A DNA stretch of 63,672 nt, filler included, from Octopus bimaculoides (lineage: Eukaryota), in assembly GCF_001194135.2 (NCBI RefSeq). It is 4 parts of 4 records of this genome, joined end to end, with 100 filler letters (N's around TTAATTAATTAA, not from the genome) between each part and the next. Parts side by side here need not be neighbours in the genome. Positions count along the whole stretch, not along the records: positions 25,024 to 48,054 come from NC_068981.1; 3 more parts are not named here. One strand, written 5' to 3'. This document shows, one piece after another, positions 26,607 to 37,696 of the stretch. The notes below the pieces were generated by a model. The model was not told the DNA's origin. It did no database searches and saw only the letters and a list, made by a program, of their open reading frames with translations. Numbering within the stretch: position 1 is the first letter of the stretch; each line of letters opens with the position of its first letter. Both the position numbers and the translations under genes were made by a program.

Positions 26607-26882
26607 ACTTATTCTTTGTAAGCATAGTACTTATTTTATCGGTCCTTTTTGACGAACCACTATATTACGGAGATGTAAACACACCAACATCAGCTGTCAA
26701 GCGAAAGGAGAGGGACAGACACAGACATAAAGATACACTCATAAATATATACATATATATACACTGGGTTTCTTTTCACTTTCCCTCTACCAAATCCACT
26801 CAAAAGGCTTTGGTCGGCCCGAGGCTATAGCAGAAGACGCTTGCCCAAGATGGCACATAGTGGAACTGAACCCGGTACCATG
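26607..26882 (-). mobile_element. OK-like SINE lacking head and extreme 3' tail
   Basis: Matches the body of 33084-33480 (ggacttattctttgtaagc, gaggctatagcagaagac). Confidence 0.8.
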
Positions 26883-27005
26883 TATACATATAGGTATGTA
26901 TATATACATATACATGTAGGTATGTACATGTATGTATATATGCATATATTTATATATTATTTATATTACATGATATTATATTATATATTACATTATATAT
27001 ATATA

Positions 27006-27050
<45 letters not shown>

Positions 27051-27053
27051 ATG

Positions 27054-27124
<71 letters not shown>

Positions 27125-27854
27125 NNNNNNNNNNNNNNNNNNNNNNNNNNNNNNNNNNNNNNNNNNNNNNNNNNNNNNNNNNNNNNNNNNNNNNNNNNNN
27201 NNNNNNNNNNNNNNNNNNNNNNNNNNNNNNNNNNNNNNNNNNNNNNNNNNNNNNNNNNNNNNNNNNNNNNNNNNNNNNNNNNNNNNNNNNNNNNNNNNNN
27301 NNNNNNNNNNNNNNNNNNNNNNNNNNNNNNNNNNNNNNNNNNNNNNNNNNNNNNNNNNNNNNNNNNNNNNNNNNNNNNNNNNNNNNNNNNNNNNNNNNNN
27401 NNNNNNNNNNNNNNNNNNNNNNNNNNNNNNNNNNNNNNNNNNNNNNNNNNNNNNNNNNNNNNNNNNNNNNNNNNNNNNNNNNNNNNNNNNNNNNNNNNNN
27501 NNNNNNNNNNNNNNNNNNNNNNNNNNNNNNNNNNNNNNNNNNNNNNNNNNNNNNNNNNNNNNNNNNNNNNNNNNNNNNNNNNNNNNNNNNNNNNNNNNNN
27601 NNNNNNNNNNNNNNNNNNNNNNNNNNNNNNNNNNNNNNNNNNNNNNNNNNNNNNNNNNNNNNNNNNNNNNNNNNNNNNNNNNNNNNNNNNNNNNNNNNNN
27701 NNNNNNNNNNNNNNNNNNNNNNNNNNNNNNNNNNNNNNNNNNNNNNNNNNNNNNNNNNNNNNNNNNNNNNNNNNNNNNNNNNNNNNNNNNNNNNNNNNNN
27801 NNNNNNNNNNNNNNNNATATATATATATATATATATATAATATATAATATAATA

Positions 27855-28325
27855 TAATAAAAATAATATATAAATATATGCATATATATACATACATGTA
27901 CATACCTACATGTATATGTATATATAGATACCTATATGTATATGTATACATACATGCATATATGGGTACAGAACATAAGAAAAACGTGAACAAAATGAGA
28001 AACGAGGACATAAAAAACAAAAACATAGAAAACGAACTTTTTTTCAAACAACGAAAGAACAAATATAGAAACGTAACAGGCAAGATAAACCATGGGACAA
28101 CTGATGAAGGGAATGTTCTTTATGTTACCTGTCTTGTTTCTCTATTTGTTTCTTTCGTTGTTCGAAAAAAGTTCGTTTTCTATACTTTTGTTTTTCATGT
28201 TGCCGTTCCTTATTTTGTTCACGCTTTTTGATGTCCTGTACTCATATATGGATGTATATATACATAGATAAGTAGGTATGTACATATATGTATAAATACA
28301 TATATTTATATATTATTTATATTAT
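27855..28325. repeat. Imperfect foldback (~230-bp arms), Penelope-type inverted end
   Basis: 27960-28088 is the approximate reverse complement of 28113-28250, and the AT-rich outer arms also pair. The same family occurs at 45530-45665. Confidence 0.75.
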
Positions 28326-28369
28326 TATATGATCGAACGCCACGCATCCATTTCAAGTGAGTTTTATAT

Positions 28370-28455
<86 letters not shown>

Positions 28456-29319
28456 NNNNNNNNNNNNNNNNNNNNNNNNNNNNNNNNNNNNNNNNNNNNN
28501 NNNNNNNNNNNNNNNNNNNNNNNNNNNNNNNNNNNNNNNNNNNNNNNNNNNNNNNNNNNNNNNNNNNNNNNNNNNNNNNNNNNNNNNNNNNNNNNNNNNN
28601 NNNNNNNNNNNNNNNNNNNNNNNNNNNNNNNNNNNNNNNNNNNNNNNNNNNNNNNNNNNNNNNNNNNNNNNNNNNNNNNNNNNNNNNNNNNNNNNNNNNN
28701 NNNNNNNNNNNNNNNNNNNNNNNNNNNNNNNNNNNNNNNNNNNNNNNNNNNNNNNNNNNNNNNNNNNNNNNNNNNNNNNNNNNNNNNNNNNNNNNNNNNN
28801 NNNNNNNNNNNNNNNNNNNNNNNNNNNNNNNNNNNNNNNNNNNNNNNNNNNNNNNNNNNNNNNNNNNNNNNNNNNNNNNNNNNNNNNNNNNNNNNNNNNN
28901 NNNNNNNNNNNNNNNNNNNNNNNNNNNNNNNNNNNNNNNNNNNNNNNNNNNNNNNNNNNNNNNNNNNNNNNNNNNNNNNNNNNNNNNNNNNNNNNNNNNN
29001 NNNNNNNNNNNNNNNNNNNNNNNNNNNNNNNNNNNNNNNNNNNNNNNNNNNNNNNNNNNNNNNNNNNNNNNNNNNNNNNNNNNNNNNNNNNNNNNNNNNN
29101 NNNNNNNNNNNNNNNNNNNNNNNNNNNNNNNNNNNNNNNNNNNNNNNNNNNNNNNNNNNNNNNNNNNNNNNNNNNNNNNNNNNNNNNNNNNNNNNNNNNN
29201 NNNNNNNNNNNNNNNNNNNNNNNNNNNNNNNNNNNNNNNNNNGGATAATAAAAGTTCACAGTTCGTCTTTTTTCCAGTGGTTGTGGAGGTTGGTCTGTAC
29301 TTCCTTGAAGGTAGAGGTG

Positions 29320-30135
29320 CTTATGCTTAATCCCAGGTAAATTTTGACAATATTTTGAATGATGCATTCATGTTGAAGTGCTTAGCTAGTGTGAAAATGG
29401 TCTGCGTGGGTTTATAGAGTGAGATAGACAGACATCAAGATAGACAGAAGTGTGTTGTGAGTGAGTGGATAGAAGAGAGAGGAGAAAGAGAGAGAAGAAA
29501 TAGAGAGAGAAAAAAAGAGAGGAGACAGGAATGGGATAGGTGCAGAATGAAAGAATGAATGAGATCGAAAGTAAAGAAAAATCAAAGTCAAAATAAAAAA
29601 TAAAAAATAGGGAATAAAATTAATAAAGATAGAGATAATGTACCAGTATTATTCTTCTTTCCTTTTCCTTTCTTTCTCTTAGCTAGCATTATTCCTTAAA
29701 CTTTTAACTTTCAAATTTTTAATTTAATTTTTAACTTTTAAATTTTAATTATTTAATTTGTATCCTTTATATATTTAATTGTAGTTTTATCCTACATATA
29801 CCCCATTAAGCTAGGCATCTATTTTTAGTATCCCTACTGACCACTAACCATTCCTAACCTATTTAATCAATAGACATAAAAACCTTCCTCCCCTGCTTTA
29901 CCAAAACCTTTAATACCTGATCTCTGACCCCTAATTGACTCTCAAGAATAATAACACTGGTACCTTACCGCTATATTTATTCCGTTTATTTCTTTTTTTT
30001 TTATTGTTTTATTTATTTTTCATTTTGATTTTGAATTTTCTTTGTTGTCGATCTCATTCTTTCCCGCACCCAATCCCTTCCTGACTTCGCTCTTTTTTCT
30101 CTCTCTCTCCTTCTTTTCTCTCTCTCTCCTTCTTT

Positions 30136-30167
<32 letters not shown>

Positions 30168-30339
30168 GCTCTCTTCTATCCACTCATTCACAACCCACTG
30201 CTCTCTATCTTGATGACCGTCTTTTTCACCCTATCGACCCACGCGGACCATTTGCACACTAGCTAACCATTTCAACATGAACGCACCATTCAAAATACTG
30301 CCAAAATTCTGCTTGAATTTACCTGGGATTAAGCATAAG
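29320..30339. repeat. Long inverted repeat (arms 29320-29656 and 29944-30339)
   Basis: Shared blocks ttcaacatgaa(t/c)gca..attcaaaata, aatttacctgggattaagcataag and ctcttctatccactca occur in opposite orientation. Confidence 0.85.
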
Positions 30340-30489
30340 GATCTATTCCTTCCCGCAGCGTTGGATTAACCATCAGGCAAAATAAGTACTGCTTAGAGCA
30401 TCAAGGGAAGGAGGGAGAATCACAGAATTGGTAAATGGTTTACGGCACAAAATAAATCACTTTAAACTTGCCAAAATAATATTCGGGAT

Positions 30490-30780
30490 GCCTTTATCTC
30501 TACTAAGTATAGATGCAGACGTGTTACCTAAGATTAATTTTGAGGATCTGATCAAAGACTTTGCAGTTCAAAAATGTAGGAAGAAACTTTTCAAATATAA
30601 ATAAAGTTGAAGTATACGAGAATAAACATTATTTTCCCTCTTACTGTTTTGTTTCGTTTTGAAAAGTAAAAATTTGTTTTATGTTTTGTTACTGTTTATA
30701 TTTTGAATTACATAGTCTTTTATGAGGGCACCAAATTTTTTTAAGTGCTTAGGGCCTTGATGTGTCTTAGTCTAGCCCTG
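30490..30780 (+). mobile_element. hAT transposon 3' fragment
   Basis: LSLLSIDADVLPKINFEDLIKDFAVQKCRKKLF is the hAT C-terminal motif. The element ends ...ctagccctg (CAGGGC-type TIR). Confidence 0.65.
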
Positions 30781-31334
30781 CTTTCACGGAGTACAGACCA
30801 ATCTCTATACCCTCCGGAAAAGGATGAACTGTGACTTTTTATTATCCTGTCTTATATGTACTTTTATTCTTTATTCTATTTTATTCTTTATAAACTGTGA
30901 ATTTCCCTGTCTAGAAATTTCATACATACTCACTTTGCCTCTGAAAAAGGAGTACCCAGTGTACGGACATGCTAGCCTATCACTTGAGATATCCCAGGAA
31001 CAGCTGTAAGACTTCAAATTAACCTTATTAAATTATTACATTGAATTACCCTAGTTAAGATATTATAAATGACCTGAGATACACATCCTGCTTTGGATTT
31101 TGATGTCTTTTTCCTCTAATGTATACCTGCTAACACGGAAGCCTGATATGGATCCCTAGATCCAGCCTCAACTGTGAACTTGGAACATAACAGATGACTA
31201 ACTATAACACTTACTCAGCGTACCTATTCGTTTAGATCACCAGTGTACTAAACTCCTCACATCCTATATATATATGTATGTATATATACACACACACATA
31301 GATATACACACACACACACACACANNNNNNNNNN

Positions 31335-31375
<41 letters not shown>

Positions 31376-31494
31376 GCAGACTTAAACTCTTACAAGCTTA
31401 TTAACATAGAAACTGGATCCTTCGATGATATTATGTTTGGTACTGGATAATTAAAACTTAAATCTTTTATTACCCATTTTTTTTCATATTTATT

Positions 31495-31680
31495 ACAAAA
31501 TGCTTAGCGGTATTTCGTCCGGCTTTACGTTTTGTGTTGAAGTGATGCCGGGGGTAACTTTGCCCTTCGTTCTTTGGGTTCGATGAAATAAATACCCGTT
31601 GAGCATTGGGGTCGATGTAATTGACAATCCCTCTCTCTCCCAAAATTCCAGGCCTTGTGCCTAGAGTAGAAAAGATTATT
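31495..31680 (+). mobile_element. OR-like SINE (OR2-type tail)
   Basis: gcttagcggtatttcgtcc...ggggtcgatgtaattgac...ggccttgtgcctagagtagaaaagattat. Confidence 0.75.
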
Positions 31681-31824
31681 TTCACATTTATTTTTAATAA
31701 ACGAAGTAAATAATTATAGTAACACGTCGATAACGTATTAACGCAATTATTTTTTTATTTCAGAAATCCTATGATATTGTAAATAGTATGTGAAGAAAAA
31801 AAATGACCGCCTTCTTCGTTTCCT

Positions 31825-31953
31825 TTAGTATAGATAACTGGGTTCTTCCTGCGGAGATTCTGTAGTAGAATCACTCTCAGAAATACTCTTAGAATTACTC
31901 GCAGAACCACGACTATTGACTGGCGGGCAATTTTCTTTGTTGAGCATGGCTTC
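31825..31953 (-). CDS. Candidate terminal coding exon of the secreted Cys-rich peptide gene (EAMLNKENCPP...ESPQEEPSYLY*)
   Basis: Acceptor tttatttctactttcag|G, phase 0, matches the phase-0 donor at 33893. 42 codons plus TAA; AATAAA lies ~65 nt downstream. The pairing with the upstream exon is inferred. Confidence 0.5.
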   Translation of the reverse strand, partial: EAMLNKENCPPVNSRGSASNSKSISESDSTTESPQEEPSYLY

Positions 31954-32349
31954 CTGAAAGTAGAAATAAATTGCGTAGTACTGATTATATTTTAAACTAG
32001 GTATTAATATAATATATTTTATTATTCAGAAAGAGAGCACTTTTTAAACAAGATATCTAAAGATCTTTGCAAATCAAAAATGAGAGTTTTTAATTTCATT
32101 TGTTACCTTATTTAATTTTTCTTAGGACAATTATGTTGTAGCCAAAGTTTGAATTCTATAATTTCATAAATTAATGTTTTACCGTAACGAAACACAGTGG
32201 GTGACAAAGTTATGCAATTAATAACTAACTCCTTCGTGTAAGTATTTTCATGGTATAAGCATTCTGACATTATTTCTCTTTACTATAGATAGAATTCTTT
32301 TAACTAGTTTGTCCGGAATCATTTTAGATATCACATATTATACACAGGA

Positions 32350-32570
32350 TTCGAGAACTCCCTAGTGTTTTCAGTCATAAGAAAGCGTCGTCTAGCTCTT
32401 GCTGGACGTTTAATGAGACACAGTGAAACTGATGTGAGAGTCCTGTTCTGCCCCTACTCATAGGCATGGTCACCCAAATCTGATCCTCTTGAAAATCATT
32501 GAGGAAAATGTTGGACTACATGGCAGTGTCTTGATGAACGCGATACATGGAGGAACTTCATAGTATCAAC
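32350..32570 (+). mobile_element. RTE-clade LINE 3' fragment
   Basis: LPSVFSVIRKRRLALAGRLMRH...ERDTWRN resembles the RTE ORF2 C-terminus (RRLxxAGHxxR...DRxxWR). Confidence 0.65.
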
Positions 32571-33083
32571 AATTAGATTTAGATTGATTTTAAAATAAAA
32601 AAGCAAGATTTCTTTTAAATGTACAATACTGCAATATATATGAATATTTCGTCACGTTGTTTGTCTCTTATACTTCATGAAATACATCTACATTTCAGTC
32701 TTCATTAAGAGACTGTCGTGTAACGATAAACATGTATATCATGTCATCTTATCACAGACGGAAAAAGCGACGAGCGTTATATATTCTTGTTCTTCATGTT
32801 CTATTTTCAAATCCCACTAGAATCAACGTTACCTTTAAACCCTTCGGGGTCGATGAAACAAACAGCTAGTCAAGAGCTGTCGGTACTTTTTGTTTATCTC
32901 ACCTCCATTAAAAAATTGCCATTAAAAAAAATTGGGTTATCTCCCCACTAAAAAATCGACTTAATGTGGCTATAAGAGTTTGGATTAAAAGAGTCAGATG
33001 CTTTTGATTCAATACTTCAACTCATTGTTTGACGTTTGGCCTCCTCAATAGGCATGCTATGATTTGTTATAAAAATATTATCA

Positions 33084-33480
33084 GGCGTAGGAGTGGCTGT
33101 GTGGTAAGTAGCTTGCTTACCAACCACATGGTCCCGGGTTCAGTCCCACTGCGTGGCATCTTGGGCAAGTGTCTTCTACTATAGCCTCGGGCCGACCAAT
33201 GCCTTGTGAGTGGATTTGGTAGACGGAAACTGAAAGAAGCCTGTCGTATATATGTATATATATATGTATGTGTGTATGTGTTTGTATGTCTGTGTTTGTC
33301 CCCCCAACATCGCTTGACAACCGATGCTGGTGTGTTTATGTCCCCGTAACTTAGCGGTTCGGCAAAAGAGACCGAAAGAATAAGTACTAGGCTTCCAAAG
33401 AATAAGTCCTGGGGTCGATTTGCTCGACTAAAGGCGGTGCTCCAGCATGGCCACAGTCAAAAGACTGAAACAAGTAAAAG
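33084..33480 (+). mobile_element. Full-length OK-like tRNA-derived SINE
   Basis: A-box-like tggctgtgtgg, B-box-like gggttcagtccc, CORE-like ttgggcaagtgtctt, internal (TA/TG)n, and tail ggcggtgctccagcatggccacagtc...ctgaaacaagtaaaag. Confidence 0.9.
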
Positions 33481-33892
33481 NNNNNNNNNNNNNNNNNNNN
33501 NNNNNNNNNNNNNNNNNNNNNNNNNNNNNNNNNNNNNNNNNNNNNNNNNNNNNNNNAAGTAAAAGAAAAGTAAAAGAAAAAGATTCATTGAGATGTTTAA
33601 TTTTTTTCAGTTTTCATGTTTATTAATTTTTCAGTTTCCATGGTTATTAATTTTTCTGTTTTCTTTTGTTTCATTGAGGGTTAAACAATTTTTTTTAGTT
33701 GAGGGAGATGACCCAAAATACCGATATTCCTCGTAAAACGGGAGAGATAACCCAATTTTTTTAATGGGGGTGCGATAACCAAAAAGTATCGCTAACTATT
33801 ACTGTTATAGTACTTTTTTTTATTTTCTTCGAGAAAAAGGTAAATTTGAGTGAAAATATTTTAAAGTTACGAAACTAAGCGGCATGACTTAC

Positions 33893-34063
33893 CGCCCTAG
33901 TTCTACAATAGCAAGCGCATTTCTTGCTACAAGCGACACTCGTAGAAAGTTTACAAAGTGCTACCATGCATCTAGTGGAGCATCCACCAGAAAAGAATAC
34001 TGCTTCTACTCCAACACACAGCGCCAATGATATCAACATCAATTTTAAAGTTAAAGAAACCAT
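33893..34063 (-). CDS. First coding exon of a small secreted cysteine-rich peptide (MVSLTLKLMLISLALCVGVEA-VFFSGGCSTRCMVALCKLSTSVACSKKCACYCRTRA)
   Basis: Strong acceptor (T)n-gcag|AAAATG and perfect donor GCG|GTAAGT. Open 171-nt frame with a hydrophobic signal peptide ending V-E-A and 7 Cys in the mature part. Confidence 0.8.
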
Positions 34064-34508
34064 TTTCTGCAAAAAAAAAAAGAAAAACAGAACACACTAC
34101 AATTAATACAACTATACGATAATATTCCTGCATATTCAAATATAAGTTTAAACTTTCTGCTACCTCATATATTAATTTTAAAAAAAACAAGGTAGGATGT
34201 TTTCCACAGTTTACTGTAGCTAGTTTAATGTTTTGACATGCAGGTGAGCCCTTCCCACTCCCACCTACTTTCTCGCTTCTGTAACAGATGATGGAAGCGG
34301 CAGCGAAAGTGCTGTTTTCTGATTGGCTGAAAATTCTGAAAATTATCAAACTTTGAACATCTGTAACATTTTCATAAAGTTTTTCTAGAATAAATGAATA
34401 ACAAATTCGGATTCAGCGTCAAAAATTACAGCTATATGATACATTAAAAATGTTTTTTAAAGAGTTAGACATGCACTGACGATAACCACAAAGATCCCAC
34501 GCATATAC

Positions 34509-34542
34509 ATACATGCATACATACATACATACATACATACAT

Positions 34543-34577
<35 letters not shown>

Positions 34578-34601
34578 GGCATACGCACACACACACACAC
34601 A

Positions 34602-34697
<96 letters not shown>
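34509..34697. repeat. (CATA)n-(CAGA)n-(CA)n compound microsatellite
   Basis: Direct reading. Confidence 0.95.
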
Positions 34698-34699
<2 letters not shown>

Positions 34700-35479
34700 A
34701 AACACTATGTTTTGTTAGTAAATGCTTAAAAGAGAATCTGGATAAACTGGGATTTTCAGAAAGAGAAATTGTCCGGTTAATTCGTACATTACGAGTGCAA
34801 TCTGTGAGTAGAACAGTAAAAATATACAACACTTTTCTCAAGTTCCAAATGTGAATTTGTCTGTATTATCTATATCCCAAAGATGGAGCTTTGTATCTTT
34901 GTTGGAAACCGGCTCCCTCCTCAGTGGAAGATTTATAATAATTAAGAAATAGAAGAAGCACATAATGCATAGTACTATGACCACTTCCTAAACTCGATAA
35001 GTCCTTAAAAACTTTCCAAGAGGTTCCTGTGCACGAATTTGTTTTGAGCGAGTAAAGTGCCGCACAACACTGAACCCACTTTCAGTACAATGAGCTATAA
35101 AACTAGTGGCACAACAGGGGTTGAGACGCCCGGAAACCATCTGCACTTCAGACTTTGTTCTTTTCTTGATACAAGTTTCCCTTCTACTAGAAGGAAATTC
35201 TTTCGACACTAGAGGCCCTATATTCCCGATGGTTGACGTGGCATTTAACTCATAGCTGGGACCCGATTAGATGCTACCCCTCCGGGTCAGAATACACGTG
35301 GGAACAATAATTTTTTAGCAAACAAACCCTCAGCTTTCACGACATAGTTTGATGCATTCAGTAGTAACATATCATGTAGGCCGAAATGTTCTTCCTATTC
35401 CTAACTATATAAATATGAAAATGCAAATGTTTAAAATTAAATCCGCCTATGCAATAGATCCTAGAACTTTTTCTTTGTA

Positions 35480-35772
35480 AGCCGAGTACTTATTCAATCG
35501 GTATCTTTTGCCGAACCCCGCTATATTTACAAGGGCGTCAACACATCAACATCGGTTGTCAAGCGATGGTGGGGGGAAAACACAGACACAAAGGTACACA
35601 TACATGAATATATATAGATATTGGTATGTATATATATATGTGTGTTAGAAGGTTTGGAGGTGATGTACAGATATTATATGTTAGAAAAAATAATGTATTC
35701 AGAGATCTGGATGGTTGTACATATACAAATATCTGTTTATATACAACCATCCAGACCTCTGAATACCTTATT

Positions 35773-35804
<32 letters not shown>

Positions 35805-36320
35805 GTGAGAATTTATAAGCAAACAAAAGACGAAGACGGGTGTGTAAACAATAAACAGATGTATTAGTTTAACGCTCGGGAAGTTAGAAAGTCTTTTACG
35901 TTTCAAGCCTACGCTCTTCGACAGAAAGGAACACACAAATAAACAGGGAGAGAAAATAAAATATATATAAAATAAAATATAGAATAATATATATGTATAT
36001 CTGTAATATAATATGCGACAATTATTCGGTTGCTATAATAATTGTCACATATTATATTACAGATAAATTCCTCTATTTGCATAATATCGAGGTCTCTTTC
36101 ATTCTTTTGTTGTCTTACCATTACTATTAATATATATATACATACATATATATATATGACGGGCTTCTTTTAGTTTCCGTCTACCAAATCCACTTACAAG
36201 GCCTTGTTCGGTCCGAGGCTATAGTAGAAGACACTTGCCCGGCGTGCTACGGATTGGGACTGAACCCAGTGCCATGTGGTTGGGAAGCAAGCTGCATACC
36301 ACACAGCCACGCCTGCGCCT
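35480..36320 (-). mobile_element. OK-like SINE split in two (35480-35600 and 36157-36320) by Penelope-type terminal fragments
   Basis: The 3' and 5' halves of the SINE flank an inserted ~500-bp block that contains a hairpin and a hammerhead-like motif. Confidence 0.65.
35893..35928 (-). ncRNA. Degenerate minimal hammerhead ribozyme motif
   Basis: CUUU-CUGUCGA-A-GAGC-GUAG-GCUU-GAAAC-GU-A-AAAG. Stems I, II and III form; the core deviates from CUGANGA. Confidence 0.45.
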
Positions 36321-36388
36321 ATATGTATATGATTGTATGTATGTATGTATGTATAAAACTAGCATTTGTTTTAACACCAAGTGGACAT

Positions 36389-36805
36389 TTCCTCTAGCAG
36401 GTTAACGATGCTCAACTGCATCCGAGATACTGCGAGGAAGAGAAATTGTCCTCTTCGGGTTAAAAAAAATCGCAGTAAAGTCTTTTCGAACGGACAGCCA
36501 TGTTGAAGTGGCAACGAACATTACTTGTTAGCACAACTACTTCATTAGTCTATTAGAAAGATTTTAGAACGAGCATTTTTGCTTGTTGCAAAATCAGCGA
36601 CCGTACGTCGCTTTGAATTATATATGTTGCGTGCAGAAGCGAGCTACTGCCATCTCTTGTAGACGAGGTATCTAGTACTGAAGAGAGGCAGAAATAGCCC
36701 GAAACCAGGCTAGTCTACTGGTCCAGCGCTAGAAGGTATTAGGGATTCACTCCCCTGCTCGCAATATCTCGGATGCGGGAGTGCATCGTTAATCAGCTAG
36801 AGGAG
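36389..36805. mobile_element. MITE-like element with ~48-bp TIRs
   Basis: cctctagcaggttaacgatg...gcatccgagatactgcgag (36389-36436) is the reverse complement of 36758-36805. Confidence 0.6.
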
Positions 36806-37604
36806 AAGTCCTACTGAGGTTAAAAAATCGCACTAAAGTCAGTTCAAAGGGACAGCCATGTTGAAGTGGCTACGAACATTACTTGTTAGGACAATTACCG
36901 CGTTAATCTTCTAAAGAGATTTTAGAACTAGCATTTTTGCGCGCGCGCGCACACACACACACAGACACACATCGTGTGTATATATGTATACATACACACA
37001 CATATATATTCAACCAATGAATTTGTCTCCATGTATAGCCTCTATAGTCAACATCTGTATAGCACCTTACTTTTTGTATCGATCAATGCGTTTCCCNNNN
37101 NNNNNNNNNNNNNNNNNNNNNNNNNNNNNNNNNNNNNNNNNNNNNNNNNNNNNNNNNNNNNNNNNNNNNNNNNNNNNNNNNNNNNNNNNNNNNNNNNNNN
37201 NNNNNNNNNNNNNNNNNNNNNNNNNNNNNNNNNNNNNNNNNNNNNNNNNNNNNNNNNNNNNNNNNNNNNNNNNNNNNNNNNNNNNNNNNNNNNNNNNNNN
37301 NNNNNNNNNNNNNNNNNNNNNNNNNNNNNNNNNNNNNNNNNNNNNNNNNNNNNNNNNNNNNNNNNNNNNNNNNNNNNNNNNNNNNNNNNNNNNNNNNNNN
37401 NNNNNNNNNNNNNNNNNNNNNNNNNNNNNNNNNNNNNNNNNNNNNNNNNNNNNNNNNNNNNNNNNNNNNNNNNNNNNNNNNNNNNNNNNNNNNNNNNNNN
37501 NNNNNNNNNNNNNNNNNNNNNNNNNNNNNNNNNNNNNNNNNNNNNNNNNNNNNNNNAGCTTAGCTAGACATACAGATATTTATATATACCTTTATCTATT
37601 GACA

Positions 37605-37639
<35 letters not shown>

Positions 37640-37655
37640 CACACAAACACACACA

Positions 37656-37696
<41 letters not shown>

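Noticed and set aside
28095-28115. CTGATGA in the hairpin loop (and at 45537) as a hammerhead
   Set aside because: No correctly placed GAAA with stems II and III could be built.
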